Below, one piece after another: positions 1-8,696 of a stretch of 64,000 bases of DNA. Position 1 is the first letter of the stretch; every line of letters starts with the position of its first letter. This DNA comes from an uncultured Chloroflexia bacterium (GTDB taxonomy: Bacteria; Chloroflexota; Anaerolineae; Anaerolineales; E44-bin32), in assembly GCA_963807065.1 (NCBI GenBank), contig CAWDZQ010000001.1, positions 266,014 through 330,013 on the forward strand, read 5' to 3'. The notes beneath the pieces are model-generated. The model made no database searches and was not told the DNA's origin. It worked only from the letters and a program-made list of their open reading frames with translations. A program made the translations under genes and the position numbers.

Positions 1-80
1 TCTTTGATTTGCGAGGCAAAGACGCACCACCTGCAGTGATGCGTCTCTGGTCGCCAACCAAACTGGCTTGTGCGCGACGA

Positions 81-329
81 TTACTGTTTTACTGGTTTCT
101 TCGCTGCTTTGAGTTTGGCCTTTTGTTCCTCTTGACGCTGCTTCGTGGCCTCTTCCTGTCCCTTCACTATCCGCTCACGGAATGCCTTCTTCTCCGCGTC
201 GGTCATGGGCTTGCTGGCCAGTGTCTTTCGCTTCTTAGCGATTGGCTGGCCTTCCATACCAGCCTCGAGCCAGGCGATCAGGTCCTCGGTGTCTTCGTAT
301 CCTCCTTGAATCGAAAGTGTGACGTCCAT
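81..329 (-). CDS. hypothetical small charged protein downstream of the integrase remnant
   Basis: 82-aa ORF with a Lys/Glu-rich tail (KQRQEEQKAKLKAAKKPVKQ). Same strand as the integrase remnant and 88 nt downstream of it. No family recognised. Confidence 0.3.
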   Translation of the reverse strand: MDVTLSIQGGYEDTEDLIAWLEAGMEGQPIAKKRKTLASKPMTDAEKKAFRERIVKGQEEATKQRQEEQKAKLKAAKKPVKQ

Positions 330-416
330 TCCATTTCTCCTTAGCTGGCGGGACGGATATCTTCGTTCGCAGCGTCACGGAGAAATCCCAAAGGTCAAGC
401 GATCTTCGAAACCCAT

Positions 417-1304
417 TCATGCTTGAAGATGGTTCCTGTAGGAATCAAGTAGGTCATCCTCGTCGGTCTGGACATACAGCCTGATTGTTTCCACGAATGC
501 ATGTTCCATCAACCGTTGCAGGTCACGGATGGACATGTCTCGGTGTTCGACGGCAAAGCCACGACGCAAAGCGTGAGGTGTGATCTTGATCCCAGCCATC
601 TTGCTTTACTTCTTGTAGATGCGGTCAATTCCCTGGATCCCAAGCCTGCGTTCAAACCGGGACAGGAACACTGGATCATCGGACCCATGTGGGATAGTGG
701 CCTGGTACGCGGTCAAGGCTGCTTTGGCCCGATTAGCCGCAAAAGTGACACGGTCCTTGTCGCCCTTGCCCGATTTGACCCGGATCCTCAGGACATCTTG
801 CGGTGTGAAGTCCAGATCAGCCCAGTTCAAGTTGGAACACTCCCGCCTGCGGATGCCTGACTCAAACATAACCAGGATGACAGCCTTGTCACGCAGCGAA
901 TGGCAATGGGCCAGGAGTTCCGCCATATCCGCTGGTCTGGCCACAATCTGCTTCTTCTTGGGCGGTCTTGGTAGCAGACCGTGGAAGTTCACGGCAGGAC
1001 AAAGCCCTTCCAGTTCACCAAACCGAATCATGGCCCGGATGTTGCGACCATGCAGGTCTACGGTGGCCTTCTTGCGATCAGATTTGCTTAGGATTTGAAT
1101 GTAGGATCCGACCTCTTGCCTGGTGATCGTGGTTGGGTCCAGGCCCTGTTCATCGGCCCAGTGGCAGAATGGGATCAGCGTGTAGCCGTAGATCGCGAGT
1201 GTTCCTTTCGCGACCTTGGCGGCAGTTCGTTGATCGAAGAACTCGCGGTACAATTGGCCGAACGTGACATTGCCGGACGAGGGGTCTTGCTGTGGCACAG
1301 ACAT
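417..1304 (-). pseudogene. tyrosine recombinase / phage-type integrase interrupted by a single in-frame TAA
   Basis: ORFs 606..1304 and 417..599 are in the same frame, separated only by TAA (606..608) and two sense codons (..IYKK*SKMAGIKITPHALRRGFA..). The N-part carries the SAM-like core-binding region and the Arg-I context (ESGIRRRECSNLNWADLD). The C-part carries H-x-x-R (HALRRGFA) and the Tyr region (ETIRLYVQ). Confidence 0.8.
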
Positions 1305-1333
1305 GAAATGACCTTTCCGTCCGAAACAACCAA

Positions 1334-1405
1334 GCGGGTGTCGCCAAGTGGTAAGGCACTAGCTTCCCAAGCTAGCATTCGAGGGTTCGAATCCCTTCAC
1401 CCGCT
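1334..1405 (+). tRNA. tRNA-Gly (anticodon CCC)
   Basis: Hand-folded cloverleaf. Acceptor GCGGGTG/CACCCGC. Anticodon stem CTAGC/GCTAG with loop TTCCCAA. T-arm GAGGG-TTCGAAT-CCCTT. Discriminator T. CCA is not encoded. Confidence 0.9.
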
Positions 1406-1555
1406 CTTGAAGTCCTCCAGGCCCGCTCTCGGGCGACCTGGGATTATCCGGGGACCAAGGGCGATGGGTTCACCCAAAGCCCAGCCCCACGCCTCCTTTC
1501 CCCTTCGAGTCTCGAGACCGCCCAGCTTCCGCTTGCGTCTTTTCCCCATGATCCG

Positions 1556-3472
1556 TTGATGAGTACGGCCGAGAATCTTGCCAAGCCCTCCGCTGGAGAT
1601 TGGCGCCGGTGGTCGCGCCCGGCGGCCTGGGGAACCGCCCTGCTTGGGGGAGCGGCCTACGGCTTGCTTTCCTATGGGCACATGCATGGCCAAGTTTCTG
1701 TCCTGGACGAGGGCCTGTATCTCTATAAGGGCCTGCTCTTTGCCCGCGGCATTTACCAGCCTTTCCAGGACTTCGGCGTGCTCACCAACCACATGCCGCT
1801 TTCCTTCCTGATCCCGGGCTGGATCCAGCTCAAGTTTGGTCCGGGATTGGCCACGGGCCGGGCCTTTGCCTGGGTGCTGGCCTTGTTGATGCTGCTTGGT
1901 TTGTGGGTGGCCACGCGCCGGATGGCTGGCCCCTGGTGGGCGGCGGGGGTGGTGTGGTTGGTCGCGCTCAACTCCGGGTGGATCAAGATCTATAGCCAAG
2001 CCATCTCCCAGGGATTGATCGCTTTCCTGCTGGCGTGGATGGTCGCCTTGGGGGTCGGTCAAGGGCGCAAGCTGTGGCAGACCAGTCTGGCTGCCGCTCT
2101 GGCCGGCACCATGGCCATGACCCGCATCAACATGACGCCTGTGATCCTGCTATATCTGCCATACGTCTATTTGGCCCACGGGCGCAAGGCGGGACACGCC
2201 GCTCTCCTTGCAGGCGGAGGCGTCGTGATCGTTGGCCATCTGGCCTTTTGGCCCGGCATCCTCAAACTTTGGGCGACCTGGCTCCCCGCGGCCTTCACCC
2301 CGTTCTTGAACGCCTTCCGGGATCGGGGAGGAGGGGCGGCGGCGTGGCAGGTGTTGCTCAAACCAGAGGCCAAGCTGGGTATTCTGATGGACAGCCTGCG
2401 TCTGCATTTCGCTTCGGTCGCCGGCGTGGTTTGGGCGTGGCTGCTCTTCCCTTTCAAACAGCGAGAGATGCAGCGCCAGCGTCTTCTAGCCATGGCCCTT
2501 CTCACCGGCATCTTCGCCTTCCTGTTTGTCCTTCACGCTGCGGCCACACTCGGTGGAACCTACTGCCCGTTCTGTCTCAAGAACTACCTGGCCTTCTTCT
2601 CCCCGATTGGCCTGGTCGCCTTGGCTATCGCGTGCGCCCACTGGCTACCCTGCGCCGGTGCCGCTCGACGGGCGTTTGGGCTTGGGGTGCTCTTCCTTTC
2701 GCCCTGGGCACTTGGGTTTTCTTTGGGGGAACCGCTGGCCCAGAAGATCGTATCTGTCGAACTTCCACGCGTTTCAGGCAGCCTCATCTTGCCTGGCACA
2801 GCCAGATTCGGGGCCATGGTTACCCAGAAGTTCGGATTGCCTGAGGGGACTTTGCTGGATGGCCTGAACGCAATCCAGATGGCTGGCCTGGTCCTGTTTG
2901 GCGGACTGATCCTCATCCTTTTCTTCAGGGCCAGGCGGATGAGAGCCTCGGGCCAGGTGAGTTTCCCAGCCGCCAGTTTTCTCTCCGTGGCGACCGCCTT
3001 CGCCGTGGCCACAGCCACTTTTTCCTTCGGCACCAACTATCACAGCTACGACTGCGGCCAAGATGTGATCGCAAGCCAAACAAGTGCGGGAATGGATTTG
3101 GCCTCCAAGATCCCCCCGGGTTCACTCATCTACTGGGGCAGCGGCGGCCGTTCTCCGATACCCTTGCTCTACCTGGATCAAGCATCGATCTTCCCTCCCC
3201 AACTCAATGGGATCTACGCGTACCGCTATGGCGGCGACCCCGCGGAGCTGCCTCGACTCGGTTATTGGAACCCCCAACTGGCCGGTACCTGGCTGTCACA
3301 GGCTGACTATGTCCTGGTGGAATTACAAGATCTCCAGGGTTGGTTGGCAAACAGTCTCAATGAGACAGATTTCGATCAGATCACCCGTACCCCCCCAAGT
3401 AATCCCTGTCAGCCGGGCTCAGCCCTGATGATCTTCCGCAGGATGGCGACCAGCCCAGTGGCCTCTCCCTGA
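1556..3472 (+). CDS. polytopic membrane protein, GT-C fold (ArnT/PMT-like) glycosyltransferase candidate
   Basis: 638-aa ORF with more than 10 predicted TM helices. An acidic DE motif sits in the first loop (VSVLDEGLYLYKG), and there is a C-terminal soluble domain. The family assignment rests on architecture only. Confidence 0.5.
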   Translation: MMSTAENLAKPSAGDWRRWSRPAAWGTALLGGAAYGLLSYGHMHGQVSVLDEGLYLYKGLLFARGIYQPFQDFGVLTNHMPLSFLIPGWIQLKFGPGLATGRAFAWVLALLMLLGLWVATRRMAGPWWAAGVVWLVALNSGWIKIYSQAISQGLIAFLLAWMVALGVGQGRKLWQTSLAAALAGTMAMTRINMTPVILLYLPYVYLAHGRKAGHAALLAGGGVVIVGHLAFWPGILKLWATWLPAAFTPFLNAFRDRGGGAAAWQVLLKPEAKLGILMDSLRLHFASVAGVVWAWLLFPFKQREMQRQRLLAMALLTGIFAFLFVLHAAATLGGTYCPFCLKNYLAFFSPIGLVALAIACAHWLPCAGAARRAFGLGVLFLSPWALGFSLGEPLAQKIVSVELPRVSGSLILPGTARFGAMVTQKFGLPEGTLLDGLNAIQMAGLVLFGGLILILFFRARRMRASGQVSFPAASFLSVATAFAVATATFSFGTNYHSYDCGQDVIASQTSAGMDLASKIPPGSLIYWGSGGRSPIPLLYLDQASIFPPQLNGIYAYRYGGDPAELPRLGYWNPQLAGTWLSQADYVLVELQDLQGWLANSLNETDFDQITRTPPSNPCQPGSALMIFRRMATSPVASP

Positions 3473-3558
3473 GCCCCCCGGCCTCCTTCGGGGGTCAAAC
3501 TCAGCCCACGCACCAACCTGCAAACAACCTGTAAGGCGGCACGCAAGCCAAATTCGCA

Positions 3559-3581
3559 TATAATGAGGTGTCAATTTTGAC
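3559..3581 (+). promoter_or_regulatory. candidate -10 box (TATAAT 3559..3564) followed by palindrome GTCAA-tt-TTGAC (3570..3581), upstream of the signalling operon
   Basis: An AT-rich island in otherwise GC-rich DNA, about 50 nt upstream of the first receiver gene. I found no convincing -35. Confidence 0.3.
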
Positions 3582-3612
3582 GAATTCTTTAACGTTTAAG
3601 CCGGGAGAGGGG

Positions 3613-4005
3613 ATGGAGCAGGTTTCCGGGACGGTTCTCTACATCGAGGACAACCTAGAAAACAGAATTCTCGTCCGCCGGGTTCTAATGGCCGAGGGCT
3701 ACGAGATTCTCGAGGCGGAAAGCGCTTCGACGGGCCTTGAGCTCGCCCAGAATCACAAGCCCCAGCTGGTTCTGGTCGACATCAACATGCCCCATCTGGA
3801 CGGCTTGAGCCTGGCTTCGATCATGAAGGCCGATCCTGCCCTGCGGGCCATCCCGGTCGTCGCCCTCACCGCCAATGTGATGAAGGGGGATAAGGAACGC
3901 ACCCTGGCAGCAGGCTGTGATGGGTACATTCAGAAGCCGATCGATGTCGACTTCTTCCCCAGACAGATTGCACGCTTCATGCAACAGACAGAGTCGAAAG
4001 ATTAG
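3613..4005 (+). CDS. stand-alone response-regulator receiver (CheY-like)
   Basis: Receiver hallmarks are present: YIEDN.., LVLVDINMPHLDG (phospho-acceptor Asp context), VVALTA, KP. I prefer the ATG at 3613 (RBS GGGAGAGGGG) over the track start at 3568. Confidence 0.85.
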   Translation: MEQVSGTVLYIEDNLENRILVRRVLMAEGYEILEAESASTGLELAQNHKPQLVLVDINMPHLDGLSLASIMKADPALRAIPVVALTANVMKGDKERTLAAGCDGYIQKPIDVDFFPRQIARFMQQTESKD

Positions 4006-4026
4006 CTTTCACAAGGAGTCCTGGCT

Positions 4027-4431
4027 GTGCCTGCGGAAATTAAGGACGCCACTGTTCTCATCGTCGAAGACAACGTTTCCAACTTCGTTTTGATGGCACG
4101 CATGCTGGGGTACATCGGTGTGCACTGCGAATGGAAGACTTCTGGCTACGAGGTCGTTGAGTACGCCGATACCCTGCCCAGGGTCGATTTGATCCTTATG
4201 GACATCCGGCTGCCCTACGAAGATGGCTACCAGGCTTTGCGCAAGATACGCAGTTCGGACAAGCTCATGAGCATTCCGGTCGTGGCGGTTACAGCCTACG
4301 CCAGTGAAGAGCAGATGGAGAGGGCGCGCGCCGCTGGATTCGATGGCTTCTTAGGTAAGCCACTCGATCCGGACCGTTTCCCCGAACAGGTACGGAGCCT
4401 CCTCAACGGCGACCAAGTGTGGGAGTTGTAA
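4027..4431 (+). CDS. stand-alone response-regulator receiver (CheY-like)
   Basis: VLIVEDN.., LILMDIRLPYEDG, VVAVTAYA, GKPL. GTG start preceded by AAGGAG. Confidence 0.85.
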   Translation: MPAEIKDATVLIVEDNVSNFVLMARMLGYIGVHCEWKTSGYEVVEYADTLPRVDLILMDIRLPYEDGYQALRKIRSSDKLMSIPVVAVTAYASEEQMERARAAGFDGFLGKPLDPDRFPEQVRSLLNGDQVWEL

Positions 4432-4434
4432 ACG

Positions 4435-6342
4435 ATGTTTCAGTCACCAGCCCGTGACACCAGTCCTCCCTTAAGAACACGCACCAGCCTGGGCCGAAGA
4501 CTGGCCTTTGTGCTTCTTCCCCTGATGCTGATCCCGCTGGCAGCCATGGGGACCACTGTCTATTTCAGGACCCGCGCCATCCTTAGCAATCAGGCCGCCA
4601 ATCAGTTGGGGTCCGCCACCCAAAGCCAGATCAGCAGTTTGGTGGACTGGGCGCAGGTCCGCCAGCAGAGGTTGCAGCTGGGGGCCCAGCGCAGTTCGGT
4701 CCGCGATGAAGTCGGCAGCCTGATGTATGACTCACCGACGGGCCAGACGCTGGCCGACCTGAAGACCACCACTCTCGCTGATCTTAACGACCTGAAATCG
4801 AACGAGGGCCAGGTCCTGTTCAGCGATCTTCTCATCGCCCGGCCGGACGGTACGATCCTGGCCTCGACCAACAGCAGTTGGGAGGGTCAAACCCTCAGCG
4901 CTCTGGCGGAGGGGATGCTCACCGCCGACCAGCCAGGCACTCACCCCCTGTACGACGATCCAGTTTTGGCACCGGGAAAGTTGACTCTGGTCTCTCTGTC
5001 CCCTCTCCGGAGTGGGCACATGACCGAGGTCGATGCTGCCCTTGTGGGAGTCAATCTGGACACTCGTGTGGGAACGTTGATGCAGCAGCTGCAAGTCTTC
5101 TGGCAGCAGCGAGGCGTGTATCGGCAGGAAATCGGCAGCACCTATCTCGCAATTCCCCCGAGCACGGTCTTTCATCTGACCCTTTACGCCCTTGCCCCAG
5201 AAGCCGTGCAAGGCGTCCAGATGCCGATCTTTGATACCTCCCAGACCGAGGCGCCTGCCACAGTTGAGTACACCAATTTCAACGGCATCCCTGCCTTGGC
5301 CGCCTACCAGTGGGTCCCGGGTTGGAACATGGCCGTGGTGACGGAGGTGCCCCAGGATACTGTGTTTGCCGACCTCAACAGTCTGCTTCCCTTCACGGTC
5401 ACGACCGTGGTCCTGGCTGCGGCGCTTTCGCTGATCGTGATCGTCGTGGCGACCAGCCGAATGCTCCGGCCTTTGGGGCGCCTGGCAGAATTCGCCCAGC
5501 GGATTTCGAAGGGCGACTGGACCTATCGGGTGCCCGAGGACCGCAGCGACGAAATCGGCCTGGTCTCGCGGTCTCTAAACCGCATGGCCGAGGAGCTCAG
5601 CCAGATCTACACCACGCTCGAGATGCGCGTTAACTCGCGCACCCAGCAGATTCAAACTGCTGCGCAGGTCGCGCGCGCCGTGACCTCCATACCCACACTG
5701 GATGACCTCCTTCTCCAGGCTGTCAACCTGATCCGCGAGCGCTTCAACTACTATCACGTTTCGATATTCTTGATGGACGACGAGGGCAAGCAAGCCGTAC
5801 TGCGCGAGGCGACCGGAGAAGTCGGCCAAGCACTCATTGCCCGCGGCCACAGTCTGGCCGTTGGATCGCAGTCGATCATTGGCTGGGTCACCGCCAACAA
5901 CCAACCGCGGGTCGCCTCCGACGTAGGTGATGACCCGGTGCACTTCCGCAACGAACTTCTGCCCGAAACGCGCTCCGAGCTGGCCGTCCCGCTTCAGGTG
6001 GGCGGCACTGTGTTGGGCGCATTGGACGTGCAAAGCTCGTCGCCGGAAACTTTCAAGGCCGAGGACCTGGAGATCATGCAGACGCTTGCCGACCAACTGA
6101 GCGCGGCCATCCAAAACGCCCGTCTGGCACAGGTCTCGATGGAAGCCGCCGCGCGGTCACGGCTGATCAGCGAGGTAACCGGTCAGCTCAGCGGCTTGCT
6201 GGATGTGGACCAGGTCCTTTCCACGGCCGCCCAATCACTCCACCGTTCACTCGGAGAACCCGAAATCATAATCCAGTTGGCCGGTTCCGAGGGGGCTGAT
6301 GGCCAAGAGCCCTATTTCGGTCCTCGAGGGAACGGACGCTAA
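4435..6342 (+). CDS. membrane sensor protein: TM, periplasmic (Cache-like?) region, TM, HAMP, GAF and a half-GAF tail; no output domain
   Basis: Two TM segments flank a region of about 280 aa. HAMP-like segment: RMLRPLGRLAEFAQRISKGDWTYRVPEDRSDEIGLVSRSLNRMAEEL. GAF core: FNYYHVSIFLMD...LAVPLQVGGTVLGALDVQS. Starts 3 nt after the preceding stop. Confidence 0.8.
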   Translation: MFQSPARDTSPPLRTRTSLGRRLAFVLLPLMLIPLAAMGTTVYFRTRAILSNQAANQLGSATQSQISSLVDWAQVRQQRLQLGAQRSSVRDEVGSLMYDSPTGQTLADLKTTTLADLNDLKSNEGQVLFSDLLIARPDGTILASTNSSWEGQTLSALAEGMLTADQPGTHPLYDDPVLAPGKLTLVSLSPLRSGHMTEVDAALVGVNLDTRVGTLMQQLQVFWQQRGVYRQEIGSTYLAIPPSTVFHLTLYALAPEAVQGVQMPIFDTSQTEAPATVEYTNFNGIPALAAYQWVPGWNMAVVTEVPQDTVFADLNSLLPFTVTTVVLAAALSLIVIVVATSRMLRPLGRLAEFAQRISKGDWTYRVPEDRSDEIGLVSRSLNRMAEELSQIYTTLEMRVNSRTQQIQTAAQVARAVTSIPTLDDLLLQAVNLIRERFNYYHVSIFLMDDEGKQAVLREATGEVGQALIARGHSLAVGSQSIIGWVTANNQPRVASDVGDDPVHFRNELLPETRSELAVPLQVGGTVLGALDVQSSSPETFKAEDLEIMQTLADQLSAAIQNARLAQVSMEAAARSRLISEVTGQLSGLLDVDQVLSTAAQSLHRSLGEPEIIIQLAGSEGADGQEPYFGPRGNGR

Positions 6343-6393
6343 CATGATGAGCACACATCGACGTCGGTATCACCCCTCGGAAGGGGCGGGCAA

Positions 6394-8659
6394 ATGATCG
6401 ACAATCGGGCCACCATGCGGAGCCTTCCCCCTGAGCCGCCTCCGGAAAAAACGACCGACCACTCCCTGAAAGCTTGGCGAGATCAGCTGCTCAACCGCAT
6501 GCTGTACGCAGCCGCTATCCTGGGGCTCCCGGCGGCGGTCCTGGGCGCTATCACGGCCTTCCGAGACGGACAGCTTGGACGCATCCTGATCTTTGGCTTG
6601 GCCTACGGCTTGATTTTGATCATCACCTTGGCCCGGCGTTGGATTCCATACTCTGTGCGGGCCGCGGTTTTGCTCACGGTGGCCATGGGGCTAAGTCTGG
6701 ACTCGCTACGGGCAACGGGGTTGCCAGGCAGCGGCCGCATCTTCCTGCTCACCCTGGCCGTCATGGCCACGCTTTTGTTCGGCACACGCGGCGGCTGGCT
6801 TAGCTTGGTCGCTGGAATCTTGAGCACGGTAGCCGTGGCGATCGGGATGATAAGCGGGATGCTGGCCTTTTCGCCTGACATCATGGCCTCCACCGACCTC
6901 ACCTCATGGGCCTCTGGGGGCACCATCTTTGTTCTGCTTGCTTTCATGCTGGTCCTCTCCCTGGGAACGCTTCAGCGCAGTTTTGAGACCGCGCTCGATC
7001 GTGAAACTGCAATGGTTCGGGAGCTTCAAGGACAGCAGAAGGCGCTCGAAGCCCGCGTTTCAGAGCGCACGGGCGAGCTGCTTCGCCAAAGCCTCCAGCT
7101 CCAGGCAGCAGCAGAGATTGCCAAGCTAAGTTCCGAGTTCAAGCGACCTGGACCAACTGCTTTCGGAAGCCACCCAGCTGATCAAGGACCGCTTCAACTT
7201 CTACCATGTGTCTGTCTTCCTGGTCGATGGGACCGCGGCCTGGGCGGAAATCGCTGCCAGCACAGGCGCCGCCGGCCAAGCTCTGCTCGGCCGGCGCCAC
7301 AAACTTGCCGTAGGCAGCGCCAGCATCGTCGGCTGGGTCACCGCCAACCGGATGCCGCGAGTCACGCCCAATGTGGCCGACGATCCGTTCTACTTCCGAA
7401 ATCCCGCTCTGCCTGACACTCAGTCGGAGATGGCTGTCCCACTGATGATTGGGCAGCGCCTGATTGGCGCCCTCGACGTGCAGAGCACCGAGCAAGATGC
7501 GTTCGGCGAGGGCGATATCCGTGTGGTTGAGGCCATCGCCGGAGACCTGGCTTTTGCCATCGACCACGCCCGACTGTCGCACGAACAACAAGCCCAACTC
7601 TTCGAACTCGAAGGCGACGTTCAGGACCGCGTACGCCAGTCTTGGAGCAAATTCATGCGGACCGGCACGACGTCGGTCATCCACCTGGGTTCTTCCGGGG
7701 ACTTAGCCGACTCCATCGGCACATTCACCGGCCTGGGCCAGGCGGCACGCCTGGGTCAGACGGTGATCTCAGACGACGGTCGTGAGGTCGTTGTGCCGGT
7801 GCGAGTGCGCGGCGAAACCATCGCCACCATTGGTGCGAGAAAGCCAGGTGCGCGCGAAACCTGGTCGGAGGAGGATATCGCCCTGATCCAAGCCGTTGCC
7901 GGCCAGGCGGCCTTGGCGATGGAGACCGCCCGCCAGTATTCGGAAGAACAACGCCGTGTGGCCGAGCTGGAGGTCGTCAACCGGATAAGCCAGGCGGCTT
8001 CCCAACTTCTGCGGGTTGATAGCCTACTCAGGATGGTCGGCCGGCAAATCATCCAGGTCGTGGGTGAGACCGATGTGCAAATCGCCCTGTATGACCAGGC
8101 CAACGCAAAGATCACCTTCCCTTACGCCACCGACAAGGGTGAGCCAACCGAGCTTGCCGAGCTGCCCATGGGGCAGGGATTGGTGTCTTACGTCATCCGA
8201 ACCCAGCAGCCCCTGCTTCTTGAGGATTCCATCCAGCAGCAGGCGGCAGAGCTCGGCATCCAGCTTGACGATCCGGATCTCAAATCTTGGCTCGGCGTCC
8301 CGCTGCTCGCAGGCAATCAAACGATTGGCGTCTTAGTTACGAAGGACAAGACCCGAGATCGCCGATTCACAGAAGACGATGTCGCCCTTCTCTCGACCGT
8401 CGCCGGACAGGTGGCGACGGCGCTTCAGAATGCTCGTTTGCTCGAGCAGGTTCAGCAGTCCGCCCGACGCGAGCGGTTGATCCACGAAATCACGAGCAAG
8501 GTTCGCCGTTCGCCGGACATCCAGACGGTGTTGGAAACGACTGCCCGTGAGATTGGCAGGGCGCTGAATGTCACCCGCGCAACCATCAGATTAGGTGAAG
8601 CCCCGCCCGAGCACCTGCCCCCCGATGCCCAACCCCTGGAAAAGACGGTGGAGTTATGA
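6394..8659 (+). pseudogene. multi-TM, coiled-coil, multi-GAF paralogue carrying one +1 frame disruption near 7130-7145
   Basis: ORF 6394..7416 (frame 1) loses similarity after ..AAEIAKLSSEF. ORF frame 2 (open from 7130) continues SDLDQLLSEATQLIKDRFNFYHVSVFLVDG... Joined, the spacing [IV]A[KR]-x7-LD-x-LL is identical to the paralogues. The span is 3n+1 nt long. Confidence 0.75.
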
Positions 8660-8696
8660 TGTCCGCCGGCCAGTACCCTGAGCAGGGAGGCATGGG

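Noticed and set aside
20-56. Hairpin AGACGCA-N13-TGCGTCT near the window start, as a possible att site or terminator.
   Set aside because: The stem is short and the loop large, there is no U-tract, and there is no matching repeat near the tRNA. Evidence is insufficient.
3568-3612. GTG at 3568 as the start of the first receiver gene.
   Set aside because: It would place the start codon 4 nt after the candidate -10 and inside the GTCAA-tt-TTGAC palindrome. The ATG at 3613 has a proper G-rich SD and gives a canonical receiver N-terminus.
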